Assembly: GCF_021647475.1 (NCBI RefSeq) | Contig: NZ_JAKIUR010000001.1 | Coordinates: forward strand, 80,763 to 144,762 | DNA: 64,000 nucleotides | Direction of reading: 5' to 3' | From: Lutibacter sp. | GTDB taxonomy: Bacteria; Bacteroidota; Bacteroidia; Flavobacteriales; Flavobacteriaceae | Part shown: positions 43,583-54,347 of the stretch, in pieces | Layout of the letters: every line of letters begins with the position of its first letter | Numbering within the stretch: the stretch's first letter is position 1 | Position numbers and translations under genes: made by a program | The notes under the pieces: generated by a model | What the model was told of the DNA's origin: nothing | Databases searched by the model: none | What the model saw: the letters and a program-made list of their open reading frames with translations, nothing else

Positions 43583-46500
43583 ATGAAGAAAGGATTTTTT
43601 TTAGTCTTATTTTTTTTGACGGTTGTTTTGCACGCTCAAAGTCCAGCAACCAAATTAAAATCTTTCTTGGTAAAAAATGATACCATTAAAATTGATTCGG
43701 TAAGTATCAGCTCTTTTGATTTTAAAGTTTTTAAAAATGATTCCTTAATTAATCCTTCAGAATATTCAATTGATTTTTCAAAAGCACAACTAATTTTTAA
43801 TAATAGGGCTCAAAATAAATTGGATTCTATTAAAATTCAATACAAACCTTATCCCAAATTTTTAACCAAGAAATACCAACTTTTTGATAAAAAATTAATT
43901 GTTACTAACAACACTTCTCAAAATTTATATAGCTTAACCACAAATAAGTCTAAAAAAATCAACAAACCATTTGAAGGTTTAAATGCCGTTGGAAATATCA
44001 CACGAGGATTAACCATTGGAAATAATCAAAATGGAGTTGTTAATTCAAGTTTAGATTTGCAAATTGCTGGAAAAATTTCAGATAAAGTTACCTTAAAAGG
44101 CTCAATAATTGACACTAATATTCCTATTCAGGAAAACGGAAATACTTATAAATTAAATGAATTTGATAGAGTTTTTATCGAGCTATTTAGTAAAAACTGG
44201 AAAATTACTGCAGGTGATATTTATTTGAATAACAGCGAAACCAAATATTTAAATTTCAATAAAAAAGTTTCAGGATTAGCCGTAAATGCAATCATAAAAA
44301 ATAAACATTCCGAAATAAACATTGAAACTTCAGGAGCAGTGGTTCGAGGAAAATATAAAAAAGTTGAATTTGTGGGTGAAGAAGGGAATCAAGGCCCATA
44401 TAAACTTAATGACTTAAACAATAATTCCTATATTTTAATTTTATCTGGAACCGAAAATATTTATATTAACGGACAGCTTTTAAAACGTGGAGAAAATAAC
44501 GATTACACTATTGATTATAACAATGCCGAACTAACTTTTAACACTACTTTTCCTATTACTGCCAATATGAGAATATCAGCAGAATTTCAATTTAACGATC
44601 GCGTTTTCACTCGATTTATCACTTATAATAACATTAAATTTAAGAGTGAAAAATTGGTGGTAAGTAGTTATTTTTATAATGAAAATGATGTTAAAAATCA
44701 ACCTTTAGAACAAGATTTAACCGATGCTCAAAAACAAATTTTAGCCAATGCCGGAAATGATTTAACCAAAATGGCAAGTCCTTCTGCTTATATTGACACG
44801 TATTCTGATAATAAAATTTTATATAAAAAAACACCTTTAGGCACATCTGAAATTTTTGAATATTCCACCAATGAAAATGATATTTTGTATCATGTTTCTT
44901 TTTCTTTTGTTGGTGCAAATTTGGGAAATTATAAATTAAAGGAAGTTATTGCCATTGGTAAAGTTTATGAATATATTGGTGCAAATTTGGGAAATTATAA
45001 TCCAATTATAAAACTAACTGCTCCAAACAAATTACAAGTTGCCGTTTTTAAAGCAAATTACCAGCCTTCTGTTAAAACTTCAATTCAGGCTGAAGCCGCT
45101 TTTAGTATAAATGATGCCAATTTATTTTCAACTATTGATGATGAAAATAATAACGGATTTGCTACTCAATTTAATTGGAACCAGATAATCTATTCTAAAA
45201 AATGGGAGTTAAAAAGCCAACTGGGTTTAGATTATATTGATGCACATTTTAAGAGTATTCAACGTATTCAAAATATTGAATTTAATAGAGATTGGAATAT
45301 TGTGAATTTAACAGGAAAGCAGCAATTAATTACCACAGGATTACAATTAAATAATCAACAAAATAGTAGCATTACCTATAAATTTGAAAACCTACTACTA
45401 GGTAATTCATTTACAGGAAATAAACATCATTTGTTTGGAAATATTACTCAAAAGAACTTCGCTGTTAATTTTGATGGAAGCATTTTAGAGAACGCTTCAG
45501 AAATCAGAAAAGGAACTTTTTCAAGATATCATTTAACCGCGACTTATACTTTAGGAAAAAGCTGGTTTGGGACACAATTTTCTGGTGAAAACAATGAACA
45601 AACATCAGTATTAACCCAATTAAAAGAAAATAACAGTCATAAATTTAATGAATATGAAGGCTTTTTTGGAATAGGAGATTCTACCAAAATATTTACTCAA
45701 ATAGGAGCAAAATTTAGAGTTACTGATAGTATTCAAAATAATAAATTTGAACGAGTTAATAATTCCAAAACATACTATTTAAAATCGAATTTTATAAAAT
45801 CTAAAACTGCAAATTTATCGACTTATATAAATTATAGAACGGTAAAAAATACTAATTTTAAAGATGAAGAATCACTTAACTCAAAGTTGGTGTATCAACA
45901 ACAATTATTTCATCAATTTTTAAATTTTAGTACTGTTTATCAAACACTTTCTGGCACCTTACCTCAACAAGATTATAGTTATTTAAAAACAGAACCCGGA
46001 CAAGGTTATTACACTTGGATTGATTATAACAACAACGGTATTAAAGAGTTAAATGAATTTGAAATTGCACAATTTCCTGACCAAGCAGAATATTTACGAA
46101 TTATTTTACCTACCATAAATTATATTGCAACACATCAAAATAAATTTACGCAAACTATTAGGATAAACGCCCAGCAGTGGAGTTCAAAAAAAGGATTTAA
46201 AAAAACACTTTCTCATTTTAATAATCAGACCTATATTTTGGTGGATAACAAACAGTTAAAACAACCTAAAAAATTCAATTTAAACCCATTTGACATAAGC
46301 AATCCTAATGTGTTGGCTTTAAATTATCATTTTACCAATAGTATTTATTTTAATCGAGGAAAAAAACACTTTACCACCAGTTATAGTTATCAAAAATCAA
46401 AAAATGTTAGCACTACTACCATTGATAATTTAAGCAATAATTTACAAATCCAACAGTTAACCTTTGAACATAAAGTGGGGAAATTTTGGCTATTTTATAT

Positions 46501-46963
46501 TAGTGGAAATCAAAGTAAAAATACAACAAACTCTCTTAATTATAGTAATCGGAATTTTAAGTTAAAAAACTATTCCTTTGCTCCAAAATTATCTTATTAT
46601 TACAATCGAAACGTTTATTTTTCAATGTTTTATGAATATAAAAACAAAGAAAATTTAATTCAAAATTTAGAAGCTTTACAATTGAATAAATTTGGATTTG
46701 AATTTAACAGTGCCAACAATACAAAAAATTCATTAAAAATAACCTTGAATTTGTTTAACAATAAATTTAAGGGAAATGCAAACTCACCTGTTGGATATCA
46801 AATGCTAGAAGGTTTTCAGGTAGGGAAAAATTATACTTGGAGCTTTCTATTCCATAGAAAAATAAATTCATATTTACATTTAAATATTAACTATTTGGGA
46901 AGAAAAAGTGAAACATCAAACACCATTCATACAGGATCAATACAGTTAAAAGCTATTTTTTAA
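43583..46963 (+). CDS. Large conserved Flavobacteriaceae outer-membrane/exported protein of unknown function
   Basis: Signal peptide, long amphipathic beta-strand region, C-terminal Phe (LKAIF). Confidence 0.7.
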   Translation: MKKGFFLVLFFLTVVLHAQSPATKLKSFLVKNDTIKIDSVSISSFDFKVFKNDSLINPSEYSIDFSKAQLIFNNRAQNKLDSIKIQYKPYPKFLTKKYQLFDKKLIVTNNTSQNLYSLTTNKSKKINKPFEGLNAVGNITRGLTIGNNQNGVVNSSLDLQIAGKISDKVTLKGSIIDTNIPIQENGNTYKLNEFDRVFIELFSKNWKITAGDIYLNNSETKYLNFNKKVSGLAVNAIIKNKHSEINIETSGAVVRGKYKKVEFVGEEGNQGPYKLNDLNNNSYILILSGTENIYINGQLLKRGENNDYTIDYNNAELTFNTTFPITANMRISAEFQFNDRVFTRFITYNNIKFKSEKLVVSSYFYNENDVKNQPLEQDLTDAQKQILANAGNDLTKMASPSAYIDTYSDNKILYKKTPLGTSEIFEYSTNENDILYHVSFSFVGANLGNYKLKEVIAIGKVYEYIGANLGNYNPIIKLTAPNKLQVAVFKANYQPSVKTSIQAEAAFSINDANLFSTIDDENNNGFATQFNWNQIIYSKKWELKSQLGLDYIDAHFKSIQRIQNIEFNRDWNIVNLTGKQQLITTGLQLNNQQNSSITYKFENLLLGNSFTGNKHHLFGNITQKNFAVNFDGSILENASEIRKGTFSRYHLTATYTLGKSWFGTQFSGENNEQTSVLTQLKENNSHKFNEYEGFFGIGDSTKIFTQIGAKFRVTDSIQNNKFERVNNSKTYYLKSNFIKSKTANLSTYINYRTVKNTNFKDEESLNSKLVYQQQLFHQFLNFSTVYQTLSGTLPQQDYSYLKTEPGQGYYTWIDYNNNGIKELNEFEIAQFPDQAEYLRIILPTINYIATHQNKFTQTIRINAQQWSSKKGFKKTLSHFNNQTYILVDNKQLKQPKKFNLNPFDISNPNVLALNYHFTNSIYFNRGKKHFTTSYSYQKSKNVSTTTIDNLSNNLQIQQLTFEHKVGKFWLFYISGNQSKNTTNSLNYSNRNFKLKNYSFAPKLSYYYNRNVYFSMFYEYKNKENLIQNLEALQLNKFGFEFNSANNTKNSLKITLNLFNNKFKGNANSPVGYQMLEGFQVGKNYTWSFLFHRKINSYLHLNINYLGRKSETSNTIHTGSIQLKAIF

Positions 46964-47024
46964 TATTATGTTAGTTTGGTTTAATCTTTGTAATTATCTT
47001 TACTTTTTAATTTAAATTTAATCT

Positions 47025-47573
47025 ATGAAAAAAATTAACCTAATTGTACTATTATTTATTAGCAGTGTATCATTGTTTGCCCAACAAAATAAAACTAATT
47101 CCTTAGCTAAAAATGAACTAAAAATTAATATGTCTAATTTAATTGCCTTTAAGTTTTTGGATGTTGGCTATGAAGCAATTCTTAATGAAGAATCCTCTAT
47201 AGGTGTTAATGTTTTATTTAACCTAGATAGCAATTCAGATTCTAATAGTCTTGATGAATACAGAACTTTTTCAATAACTCCTTATTATCGCCATTTTTTT
47301 TCTAATAAATATGCAAGTGGTTTCTTTGTAGAGGTATTTACCATGCTTCATTCTGGGGAAGAAGAAAATTATTATAGTAATTCTGCTCCATACGATTCAT
47401 ATGTTAATGAAAAATACACAGATTTTGCCGTTGGAATTTCTGCTGGTTCAAAATTTGTATCTAAAAGAGGTTTTGTTGCTGAAATTTATCTTGGAATTGG
47501 TAGAGATTTGTTAAATAATAATGATACTGAAGTTGTTGGGCGTGGAGGTATTTCTATAGGTTACAGATTTTAA
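47025..47573 (+). CDS. DUF3575-like small outer-membrane beta-barrel
   Basis: NELKIN..., YRHFFS.KYASGFFVE, C-terminal GISIGYRF. Confidence 0.7.
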   Translation: MKKINLIVLLFISSVSLFAQQNKTNSLAKNELKINMSNLIAFKFLDVGYEAILNEESSIGVNVLFNLDSNSDSNSLDEYRTFSITPYYRHFFSNKYASGFFVEVFTMLHSGEEENYYSNSAPYDSYVNEKYTDFAVGISAGSKFVSKRGFVAEIYLGIGRDLLNNNDTEVVGRGGISIGYRF

Positions 47574-47590
47574 AACTTATATTTTATTTT

Positions 47591-47622
47591 ACGATTAACA
47601 TAATTTATGTTAATCGTTTTTT
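47591..47622 (+). terminator. Intrinsic terminator
   Basis: ACGATTAACATA-ATT-TATGTTAATCGT-TTTTT. Confidence 0.75.
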
Positions 47623-47714
47623 ATTTAAGGAAAGTTTAACCTTATTTAACTTTCTCTTATAGATTTTCAATTCATTCTTAAATTACATTTGGTCATTATT
47701 AATCAAATTTTATA

Positions 47715-48290
47715 ATGACTATGAAAATAATTAAAATAACCTTTTGGGTTGTATGTGTATTATTTGTATCAAACATAAATGCACAAGAAGTAAAAAAAAT
47801 TGAAAAAGAAAAAGAGCCAAAACATGAAATTTCGTTAGAGCTATTTGAGTTAGTTACAATTAATAAACTTGAAATTTCTTACAGCTATTTATTAAATAAT
47901 TCTAATAGTATTGGGCTAACATTAGCTCACACTAATAAAGGTGAGAGTATTTTTGGTGTAGATAATTTTCATGATAATTTTTCTGTAAACATGAATTATA
48001 AGCACTTTTTTTCAGAAAAACATACACAAGGTTTTTACATAGAATTTTTTGGAAGATATAGTAATGGAGATGCTTTTGTTTATAATAATCATGTTTACCA
48101 ATATTCTGTAGAACAAAATTCTTTATATTTAGGAGCCGGAGTAGGCTATAAGTTTGTAACCAAATGCAATTTTTTTATTAATGTTAATGTTGGGTTAGCC
48201 AAAAAGGTTTATTCATTTAATAAAAATATTCCTTATTCTAAACCTAATATTTTTGTACAAACAGGTATTTCAATAGGTAAACGATTTTAA
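47715..48290 (+). CDS. DUF3575-like small outer-membrane beta-barrel (paralog)
   Basis: KHEISLE, YKHFFSEKHTQGFYIE, C-terminal GISIGKRF. Confidence 0.7.
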   Translation: MTMKIIKITFWVVCVLFVSNINAQEVKKIEKEKEPKHEISLELFELVTINKLEISYSYLLNNSNSIGLTLAHTNKGESIFGVDNFHDNFSVNMNYKHFFSEKHTQGFYIEFFGRYSNGDAFVYNNHVYQYSVEQNSLYLGAGVGYKFVTKCNFFINVNVGLAKKVYSFNKNIPYSKPNIFVQTGISIGKRF

Positions 48291-48295
48291 ATATA

Positions 48296-48319
48296 AAAGG
48301 TTGCCTAAAAGCAACCTTT
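48296..48319. terminator. Bidirectional terminator hairpin
   Basis: AAAGGTTGC-CTAAAA-GCAACCTTT between convergent genes. Confidence 0.7.
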
Positions 48320-48417
48320 ATGTTTTTTTGAGCAAAGTTAAAAACTCTAAAATTTTATTAATCAGATTTTAATCAATGTAATACTTTTTATAGAGATTGT
48401 TTAAAATTCTTAATAAG

Positions 48418-49959
48418 CTACATTCTCATTAGCCACTTTTTATGAGAAATTTCCTTTTTAATAACGCTTTGTAATTCTTCAATTTTAACACGTTTTTGTT
48501 CCATAGAATCTCTATATCTAATGGTAACCGTATTATCTTTTAACGTGTCATGATCAACGGTAATACAAAATGGAGTTCCTACTGCATCTTGTCTTCTATA
48601 TCTTCTACCAACGGCATCTTTTTCATCATAAGCTACATTAAACTCCCATTTTAAATTGCTCACAATATTTTTAGCTATTTCTGGTAATCCATCCTTTTTA
48701 ACTAAAGGTAAAATTGCTGCTTTTACAGGTGCTAAAACTGAAGGTAATTTTAAAACGGTTCTTGTAGTTCCATTTTCTAATGTTTCTTCTTGTAATGCAT
48801 TTGAAAAAACTGCCAAAAACATACGATCTAATCCAATTGAAGTTTCTACAACGTAAGGGGTATAATGTTCGTTTAATTCTGTATCAAAATATTTGATTTT
48901 TTTACCTGAGAATTTTTCGTGACTTGATAAATCAAAATCGGTTCTGGAATGAATTCCTTCTAATTCTTTAAATCCAAAAGGAAATTTAAATTCTATATCT
49001 GCGGCAGCATCGGCATAATGTGCTAGTTTATCGTGATTATGAAAACGATAGTTTTCTTCGCCCATACCTAATGATAAATGCCATTTTAAACGAGTTTCTT
49101 TCCATTTTTCATACCATTCTTTTTGTGTACCAGGACGTACAAAAAATTGCATTTCCATTTGTTCAAATTCTCGCATTCTAAATATAAATTGACGAGCAAC
49201 TATTTCGTTTCTAAAGGCTTTTCCGGTTTGTGCAATTCCAAAAGGGATTTTCATTCTTCCTGTTTTTTGCACATTTAAAAAGTTTACAAAAATTCCTTGT
49301 GCAGTTTCAGGACGCAAATATAAATCCATTGCAGAATCTGCTGAAGCGCCCAATTTTGTGCCAAACATTAAATTAAATTGCTTAACATCTGTCCAGTTTT
49401 TTGAGCCAGAAACAGGACAAACTATTTCCAATTCTTCAATTAATGCTTTTACATCGGCTAAATCTTCATTTTCTAAAGATTTCCCCATTCGTTTTAATAT
49501 GGCTTCTCCTTTTTCTTTATAGCTAATAACTCTTGCGTTAGTGGTTATAAATTCATTTTTATTAAAAGAGTCTCCAAAACGTTTTGCTGCTTTTTTAACT
49601 TCTTTTTCAATTTTAGCATCTAATTTAGCTACATAATCTTCAATTAAAACATCGGCTCTATAGCGTTTTTTAGAATCTTTATTATCAATTAGCGGGTCAT
49701 TAAAAGCATCCACATGACCAGAAGCTTTCCAAACAGTTGGATGCATAAATATTGCAGAATCAATACCTACAATGTTTTCATTCAATTGCACCATTGCTTT
49801 CCACCAATATTCTCTAATATTTTTCTTTAATTCAACACCATTTTGTGCGTAATCATAAACAGCACCTAAGCCATCATAAATTTCACTAGATTGAAATACA
49901 AATCCGTATTCTTTTGCGTGTGAAACTACTTTTTTAAATTGATCTTCTTGTTTTGCCAT
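48418..49959 (-). CDS. glyQS: Glycine--tRNA ligase (alpha2 type)
   Basis: ASGHVDAF, LRPETAQGIF, FRNEI...REFEQME, IETSIG-type VETSIGLDR, anticodon-binding domain. Confidence 0.96.
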   Translation of the reverse strand: MAKQEDQFKKVVSHAKEYGFVFQSSEIYDGLGAVYDYAQNGVELKKNIREYWWKAMVQLNENIVGIDSAIFMHPTVWKASGHVDAFNDPLIDNKDSKKRYRADVLIEDYVAKLDAKIEKEVKKAAKRFGDSFNKNEFITTNARVISYKEKGEAILKRMGKSLENEDLADVKALIEELEIVCPVSGSKNWTDVKQFNLMFGTKLGASADSAMDLYLRPETAQGIFVNFLNVQKTGRMKIPFGIAQTGKAFRNEIVARQFIFRMREFEQMEMQFFVRPGTQKEWYEKWKETRLKWHLSLGMGEENYRFHNHDKLAHYADAAADIEFKFPFGFKELEGIHSRTDFDLSSHEKFSGKKIKYFDTELNEHYTPYVVETSIGLDRMFLAVFSNALQEETLENGTTRTVLKLPSVLAPVKAAILPLVKKDGLPEIAKNIVSNLKWEFNVAYDEKDAVGRRYRRQDAVGTPFCITVDHDTLKDNTVTIRYRDSMEQKRVKIEELQSVIKKEISHKKWLMRM

Positions 49960-50000
49960 GGTGCAAAAATAGTAAAGGTTTTACATCTACAAAATAAAAA

Positions 50001-50028
50001 AGTGGAAATAGCCTAAACTATTTCCACT
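50001..50028 (-). terminator. Intrinsic terminator
   Basis: AGTGGAAATAG/CTATTTCCACT stem with a U-tract on the minus strand. Confidence 0.7.
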
Positions 50029-50063
50029 CAATTAACATTAAATATAAATTGGAGTTTCCTTTT

Positions 50064-50948
50064 TTACTTTAATATAATTTTGGTTTCTCCAGCAAATTTA
50101 TCGTTTATAAAAATATTTGCCATATAAGATCCACGACTTATAGTAGCTCTATCTACTTCAACTAACGAGATTACATCTACTGTTTCATTTAAATAATTTA
50201 CAATAGTTTTATCGCTATAATCAATAGTGGTGGTTCCGTCAGCTAAAGTTAAAGAGCCTTTTGCGGCAATTGCTTTTCCTTTAGCATTTATTATTTGTAT
50301 ATAAACATTTCTTTCTCCTTGGTCAGTAATTTCATTTTTATCAATGGTAAAATTAATTCTAAATGCATCTGTATTTCTTGCTCTTGAAGTTTCTACTAAT
50401 TTACCATTATTACGAGTTCTCATCGCTAACATTTTAGCAGTTTTCACCTTTAAAACAGAAGCTATTGCAACTTTTTCTGATAAATTTAAATTTTGTAATG
50501 ATAAGGTATCATTCAAAGCTAATTGAGTTGATATTTTAACATTAGCACTATCTAAATTTGTTTTTAATAAGGAATTCATCCCTGTTAATGAATCATTTAA
50601 AAAGAATAAACGCTGATTTGTTTTTTGCAAATTGGCAATTTGTCTGCGATATTTTCTTAGTAAACGATAATCTGTTATTTTTAAATTTTTTATAGAATCT
50701 CGTAATCCAATAATTCTATCTCTTTCTAAAGAAAGTTCATTTGACATAGACGTTTTTTGAGAAATAGCATCTTCATATTTCACAATCATACTATCTAAAT
50801 TTTGTTCAATTTCAACTTTTTCATCTTTAATAACATTGGTCAATTTTTTATGTTCATAGTTACTGTAAATTGTGTAACCTATTACCCCAGCTAAGAGAAT
50901 TGCCAATACTATGATAATTAGTTTGTTATTGTTTTTTTTGTCTTCCAT
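50064..50948 (-). CDS. Conserved hypothetical protein (TM + coiled coil + beta-rich C-domain)
   Basis: N-terminal TM and a heptad-rich middle region. Confidence 0.75.
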   Translation of the reverse strand: MEDKKNNNKLIIIVLAILLAGVIGYTIYSNYEHKKLTNVIKDEKVEIEQNLDSMIVKYEDAISQKTSMSNELSLERDRIIGLRDSIKNLKITDYRLLRKYRRQIANLQKTNQRLFFLNDSLTGMNSLLKTNLDSANVKISTQLALNDTLSLQNLNLSEKVAIASVLKVKTAKMLAMRTRNNGKLVETSRARNTDAFRINFTIDKNEITDQGERNVYIQIINAKGKAIAAKGSLTLADGTTTIDYSDKTIVNYLNETVDVISLVEVDRATISRGSYMANIFINDKFAGETKIILK

Positions 50949-51128
50949 TATAAATACTTTTAGTTATAATTTAGTAACGCAATTTATTACTTTAAATTAT
51001 ACTTTAAATAAAAAATTTGGAGTTTCTTTAGGCGAATTATAAAATTACAAAAATATTTACTTTAAAACTCTATTTATTTTAATTTTAACAGTTATTTAAA
51101 AAATAGTATTTTTATAAAAAGTTTTGCT

Positions 51129-51815
51129 ATGAATTTTTTAAGAAATGTTTTTGATGTCTTTTTCCCAAAAGTTTGTTTGTCTTGTAATGCTATATTAGCA
51201 TCAAATGAAGACGTTCTTTGTGTAACATGTAGGCACGATTTACCTTTAACCAACTTTAGCTTTGAGCCAAATAATTTGGTAGAAAAATCATTTTATGGTA
51301 AATATCCTATACAAAACGGAACGGCTTTATTTTACTTTTATAAACAAGGAACCGTTCAAAAGCTAATTCATAATTTAAAATATAAAAATCAGCAACAAGT
51401 AGGTGCTTTTGTTGGATTTTGGCTTGGCGAAGAAATGCTTGAAAGCAAAAGGTTTCAAAATATTGATTATATAATTCCTGTCCCTCTACATAAAAATAAA
51501 CTAGCCAAACGCGGATATAACCAAGTTACTACCTTTGGTGAGAGTTTATCAAAGAAACTAAACATTCCTTTTAAAGAAAATATTTTAGTGCGTGTTTCCT
51601 ATACCAAAACTCAAACTAAAAAGATTAGGTTAGATAGGTGGAAAAATGTTCAAGAACTTTTTCATGTTCCAGAACCTGCTAAAACAAATTATAAACATAT
51701 ATTATTAATTGACGATGTTATTACCACCGGTGCTACGCTAGAAGCTTGTTGCAATGCTTTTAAAAAATCAACCAAAATCAAAATCAGTATTGCCTGTATG
51801 GCTTTTACCAAGTAA
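51129..51815 (+). CDS. comF: ComF-family phosphoribosyltransferase-like protein
   Basis: CxxC..CxxC zinc finger, PVPLH...RGYNQ, LLIDDVITTGATL. Confidence 0.9.
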   Translation: MNFLRNVFDVFFPKVCLSCNAILASNEDVLCVTCRHDLPLTNFSFEPNNLVEKSFYGKYPIQNGTALFYFYKQGTVQKLIHNLKYKNQQQVGAFVGFWLGEEMLESKRFQNIDYIIPVPLHKNKLAKRGYNQVTTFGESLSKKLNIPFKENILVRVSYTKTQTKKIRLDRWKNVQELFHVPEPAKTNYKHILLIDDVITTGATLEACCNAFKKSTKIKISIACMAFTK

Positions 51816-51886
51816 GAAAAGTAAGCCTCATCTTTTTTATTAGATTAAACAAATAAATTGTTATTTTGCATTAAATCTAATTTTCA

Positions 51887-53485
51887 ATGAAATTAAAATA
51901 TTATTCTTTCTTTTTAGTGATTTTATTAGGATTTTCATTTTCTAATTGTGCCAAAAGAGGAAGACCTACTGGTGGTAAAAAAGATAGTATTCCACCACTT
52001 TTAGTACATGCCATTCCTGCTAATAAAAGTATTAATTTTAAGGCGAAAAAAATTAAAATTTCATTTGATGAATATATAAAACTAAAAGATGTAAATAAAC
52101 AATTAGTGATTTCGCCTCCACTAAAAAATGCGCCTATCATTACACCTGTTGGTACCGCAAGCAAATTTATAAGTCTTAAAATTTTGGACACGCTAAAACC
52201 CAACACTACTTATACTTTTAATTTTGGGAATAGCATAGTTGATAATAATGAAGGAAACAAATTAGAACGTTTTAAATATGTAGTTTCTACAGGTAGTTAT
52301 ATTGATTCTTTAACAGTTTCGGGAAGCGTTTATGATGCTTTTAACCAGAAAACAGATGAAGACATTACAGTGGAATTATACGAAATAAATGAAGCGTTTA
52401 ATGATTCTATAATTTTCAAACAAAAGCCAACATACGTAACTAGCACTATAGACACCACAGCTAATTTTGAAATTGAAAATATTAAAGCTGGCAAATATTT
52501 ACTAGTAGCTTTAAAACAACCCTCCAAAAGTTACATTTATCATCCAAGACAAGATAAAATAGGTTTTTATAAAGATAGTATTACTATTCCAACCGACAGT
52601 TCTTATAAAATTTCCTTATTTAAAGAAATACCTCTTTTTAAAATAATAAAACCAAAAGAGGTTACTAAAGGACATTTGATATTTGGTTACGAAGGAGTTC
52701 CTAAAAATTTAAAAATTGAATTGTTAAATTCAACGCCAGACACTTTTAGAAAAGTAACGTATTTTGAAAAAAATAAAGATACTTTAAACTATTGGTTTTC
52801 TGATATTAACGTAGATTCATTACAATTTAAAGTTAGTAATGAAAAATATATAGATACTTTTACCGTAAGACTAAGAACTTCTAAAAAAGATACTTTAAGA
52901 ATCTCAAATATTACCAAAGCTATTTTAGATTTACGTGATACTTTTGCAATAAAATCTAACATTCCAATAATAGCTATTGATACTTCAAAAATTAAACTTT
53001 TATCTGATTCCTTAATTATTAAATACACTCCAATTTTAAATAAGAGCAAAACAAAACTTTACTTAAACTTTGAGAAAAAATTTAATAAAAAATATACCGT
53101 TAATTTATTGCCTAAAGCTATTCAAGATGTTTTTGAAAACACAAATGACACGTTAAACTATAAATTTTCAACTAAAAATATAGATAGTTATGGAAACATA
53201 AATTTGACCATTTCAAATGTAAATTCTCCCATAATTATTCAATTACTAACAGATAAAAACGTATTAATTTCTACTAAATATATATCAAAATCGGGAGTAT
53301 TAAACTTTAAGCTTTTACCTCCTAAAACCTATTTAGTTAGAGCAATTTTTGATAGTAATAACAATGGAATTTGGGATACTGGTAATTTTTTGAAAAGAAA
53401 ATATCCAGAGAAAGTACAGTATTTTGATAAGAATCTTAAATTAAGAGCTAACTGGGATTTAAATGAAATATTTATACTAAAATAA
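51887..53485 (+). CDS. Ig-like domain (Big_5) lipoprotein
   Basis: Lipobox-like SNCAK.G.PTGG.KD..PP, FDEYIKL, D.N.NG.WDTG motif. Confidence 0.8.
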   Translation: MKLKYYSFFLVILLGFSFSNCAKRGRPTGGKKDSIPPLLVHAIPANKSINFKAKKIKISFDEYIKLKDVNKQLVISPPLKNAPIITPVGTASKFISLKILDTLKPNTTYTFNFGNSIVDNNEGNKLERFKYVVSTGSYIDSLTVSGSVYDAFNQKTDEDITVELYEINEAFNDSIIFKQKPTYVTSTIDTTANFEIENIKAGKYLLVALKQPSKSYIYHPRQDKIGFYKDSITIPTDSSYKISLFKEIPLFKIIKPKEVTKGHLIFGYEGVPKNLKIELLNSTPDTFRKVTYFEKNKDTLNYWFSDINVDSLQFKVSNEKYIDTFTVRLRTSKKDTLRISNITKAILDLRDTFAIKSNIPIIAIDTSKIKLLSDSLIIKYTPILNKSKTKLYLNFEKKFNKKYTVNLLPKAIQDVFENTNDTLNYKFSTKNIDSYGNINLTISNVNSPIIIQLLTDKNVLISTKYISKSGVLNFKLLPPKTYLVRAIFDSNNNGIWDTGNFLKRKYPEKVQYFDKNLKLRANWDLNEIFILK

Positions 53486-53531
53486 AATTCAATTAGTTAA
53501 TTATTACTAGATTAAAAAGAATTTATTACAT

Positions 53532-54347
53532 TTGAACCAATTAATGACCTCAAATTTGAATAACTTGCTAAAAATTATAACCCCTTTTTTAACATGCTTT
53601 TTTATGTTAACTAGCTTTGCTCAAGACCATGCCAGCCATGAAATTGGGTTTATTACTGGTGCTGCATCTTTTACTACCGATTATGGTCAACGCTATAATT
53701 TTAAGGCAAATGTAGGAGGTAATGTTGGTATGGGAATTGGTTTAATTTACTATTATAATTTTAGTGATTATAGATATAGATGGAATCAACGTACTAATTA
53801 TTTCAATGAACATTTTAGAATTAGAGCTGAATTATCTTATATGTCCGCTAAATTAGACCATTTTAGTACTTGGGCTCAAGAAAATTCTATTTGGGGAGAA
53901 AAACTACGTGCCATGCATGGCACATCACGAATTATTAATTTTGGAGCTCAACTTGAATTTCATTTTGTAGATATAATCGATTTTGGTTCAAGAAGAATCC
54001 CTGATTTAAAATGGTCTCCTTATATTAGTGCAGGTGCTATGGTAGATTATTATAAACCTGGTTTAAAATCAGATTTAGGCGATTGGACTCAAGATATTTC
54101 AGTAATTTATGAAAAATGGCAAGTGCCGGGTGCAATTAATGTTAACGCAAATTTCACCATGTCAGCTACCCTTGGAATAGGTACTAGACATAAATTAGGA
54201 GAATATTCTGACGTTCTAATTGAAGCTCGTTGGCAATATTTTTTCTCTAATTACATTGATGGTCTAAACGCCAAACAAGATCCAGCTAATAAATATAATG
54301 ATTGGCTACTTTGGGTTCACGTAGGTTACGTTTACTATTTAAATTAA
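53532..54347 (+). CDS. Conserved Flavobacteriaceae outer-membrane beta-barrel (THC0290_0291-like)
   Basis: SHEIG...TDYGQR, WQYFFSNYIDGLN, C-terminal YVYYLN. Confidence 0.65.
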   Translation: MNQLMTSNLNNLLKIITPFLTCFFMLTSFAQDHASHEIGFITGAASFTTDYGQRYNFKANVGGNVGMGIGLIYYYNFSDYRYRWNQRTNYFNEHFRIRAELSYMSAKLDHFSTWAQENSIWGEKLRAMHGTSRIINFGAQLEFHFVDIIDFGSRRIPDLKWSPYISAGAMVDYYKPGLKSDLGDWTQDISVIYEKWQVPGAINVNANFTMSATLGIGTRHKLGEYSDVLIEARWQYFFSNYIDGLNAKQDPANKYNDWLLWVHVGYVYYLN

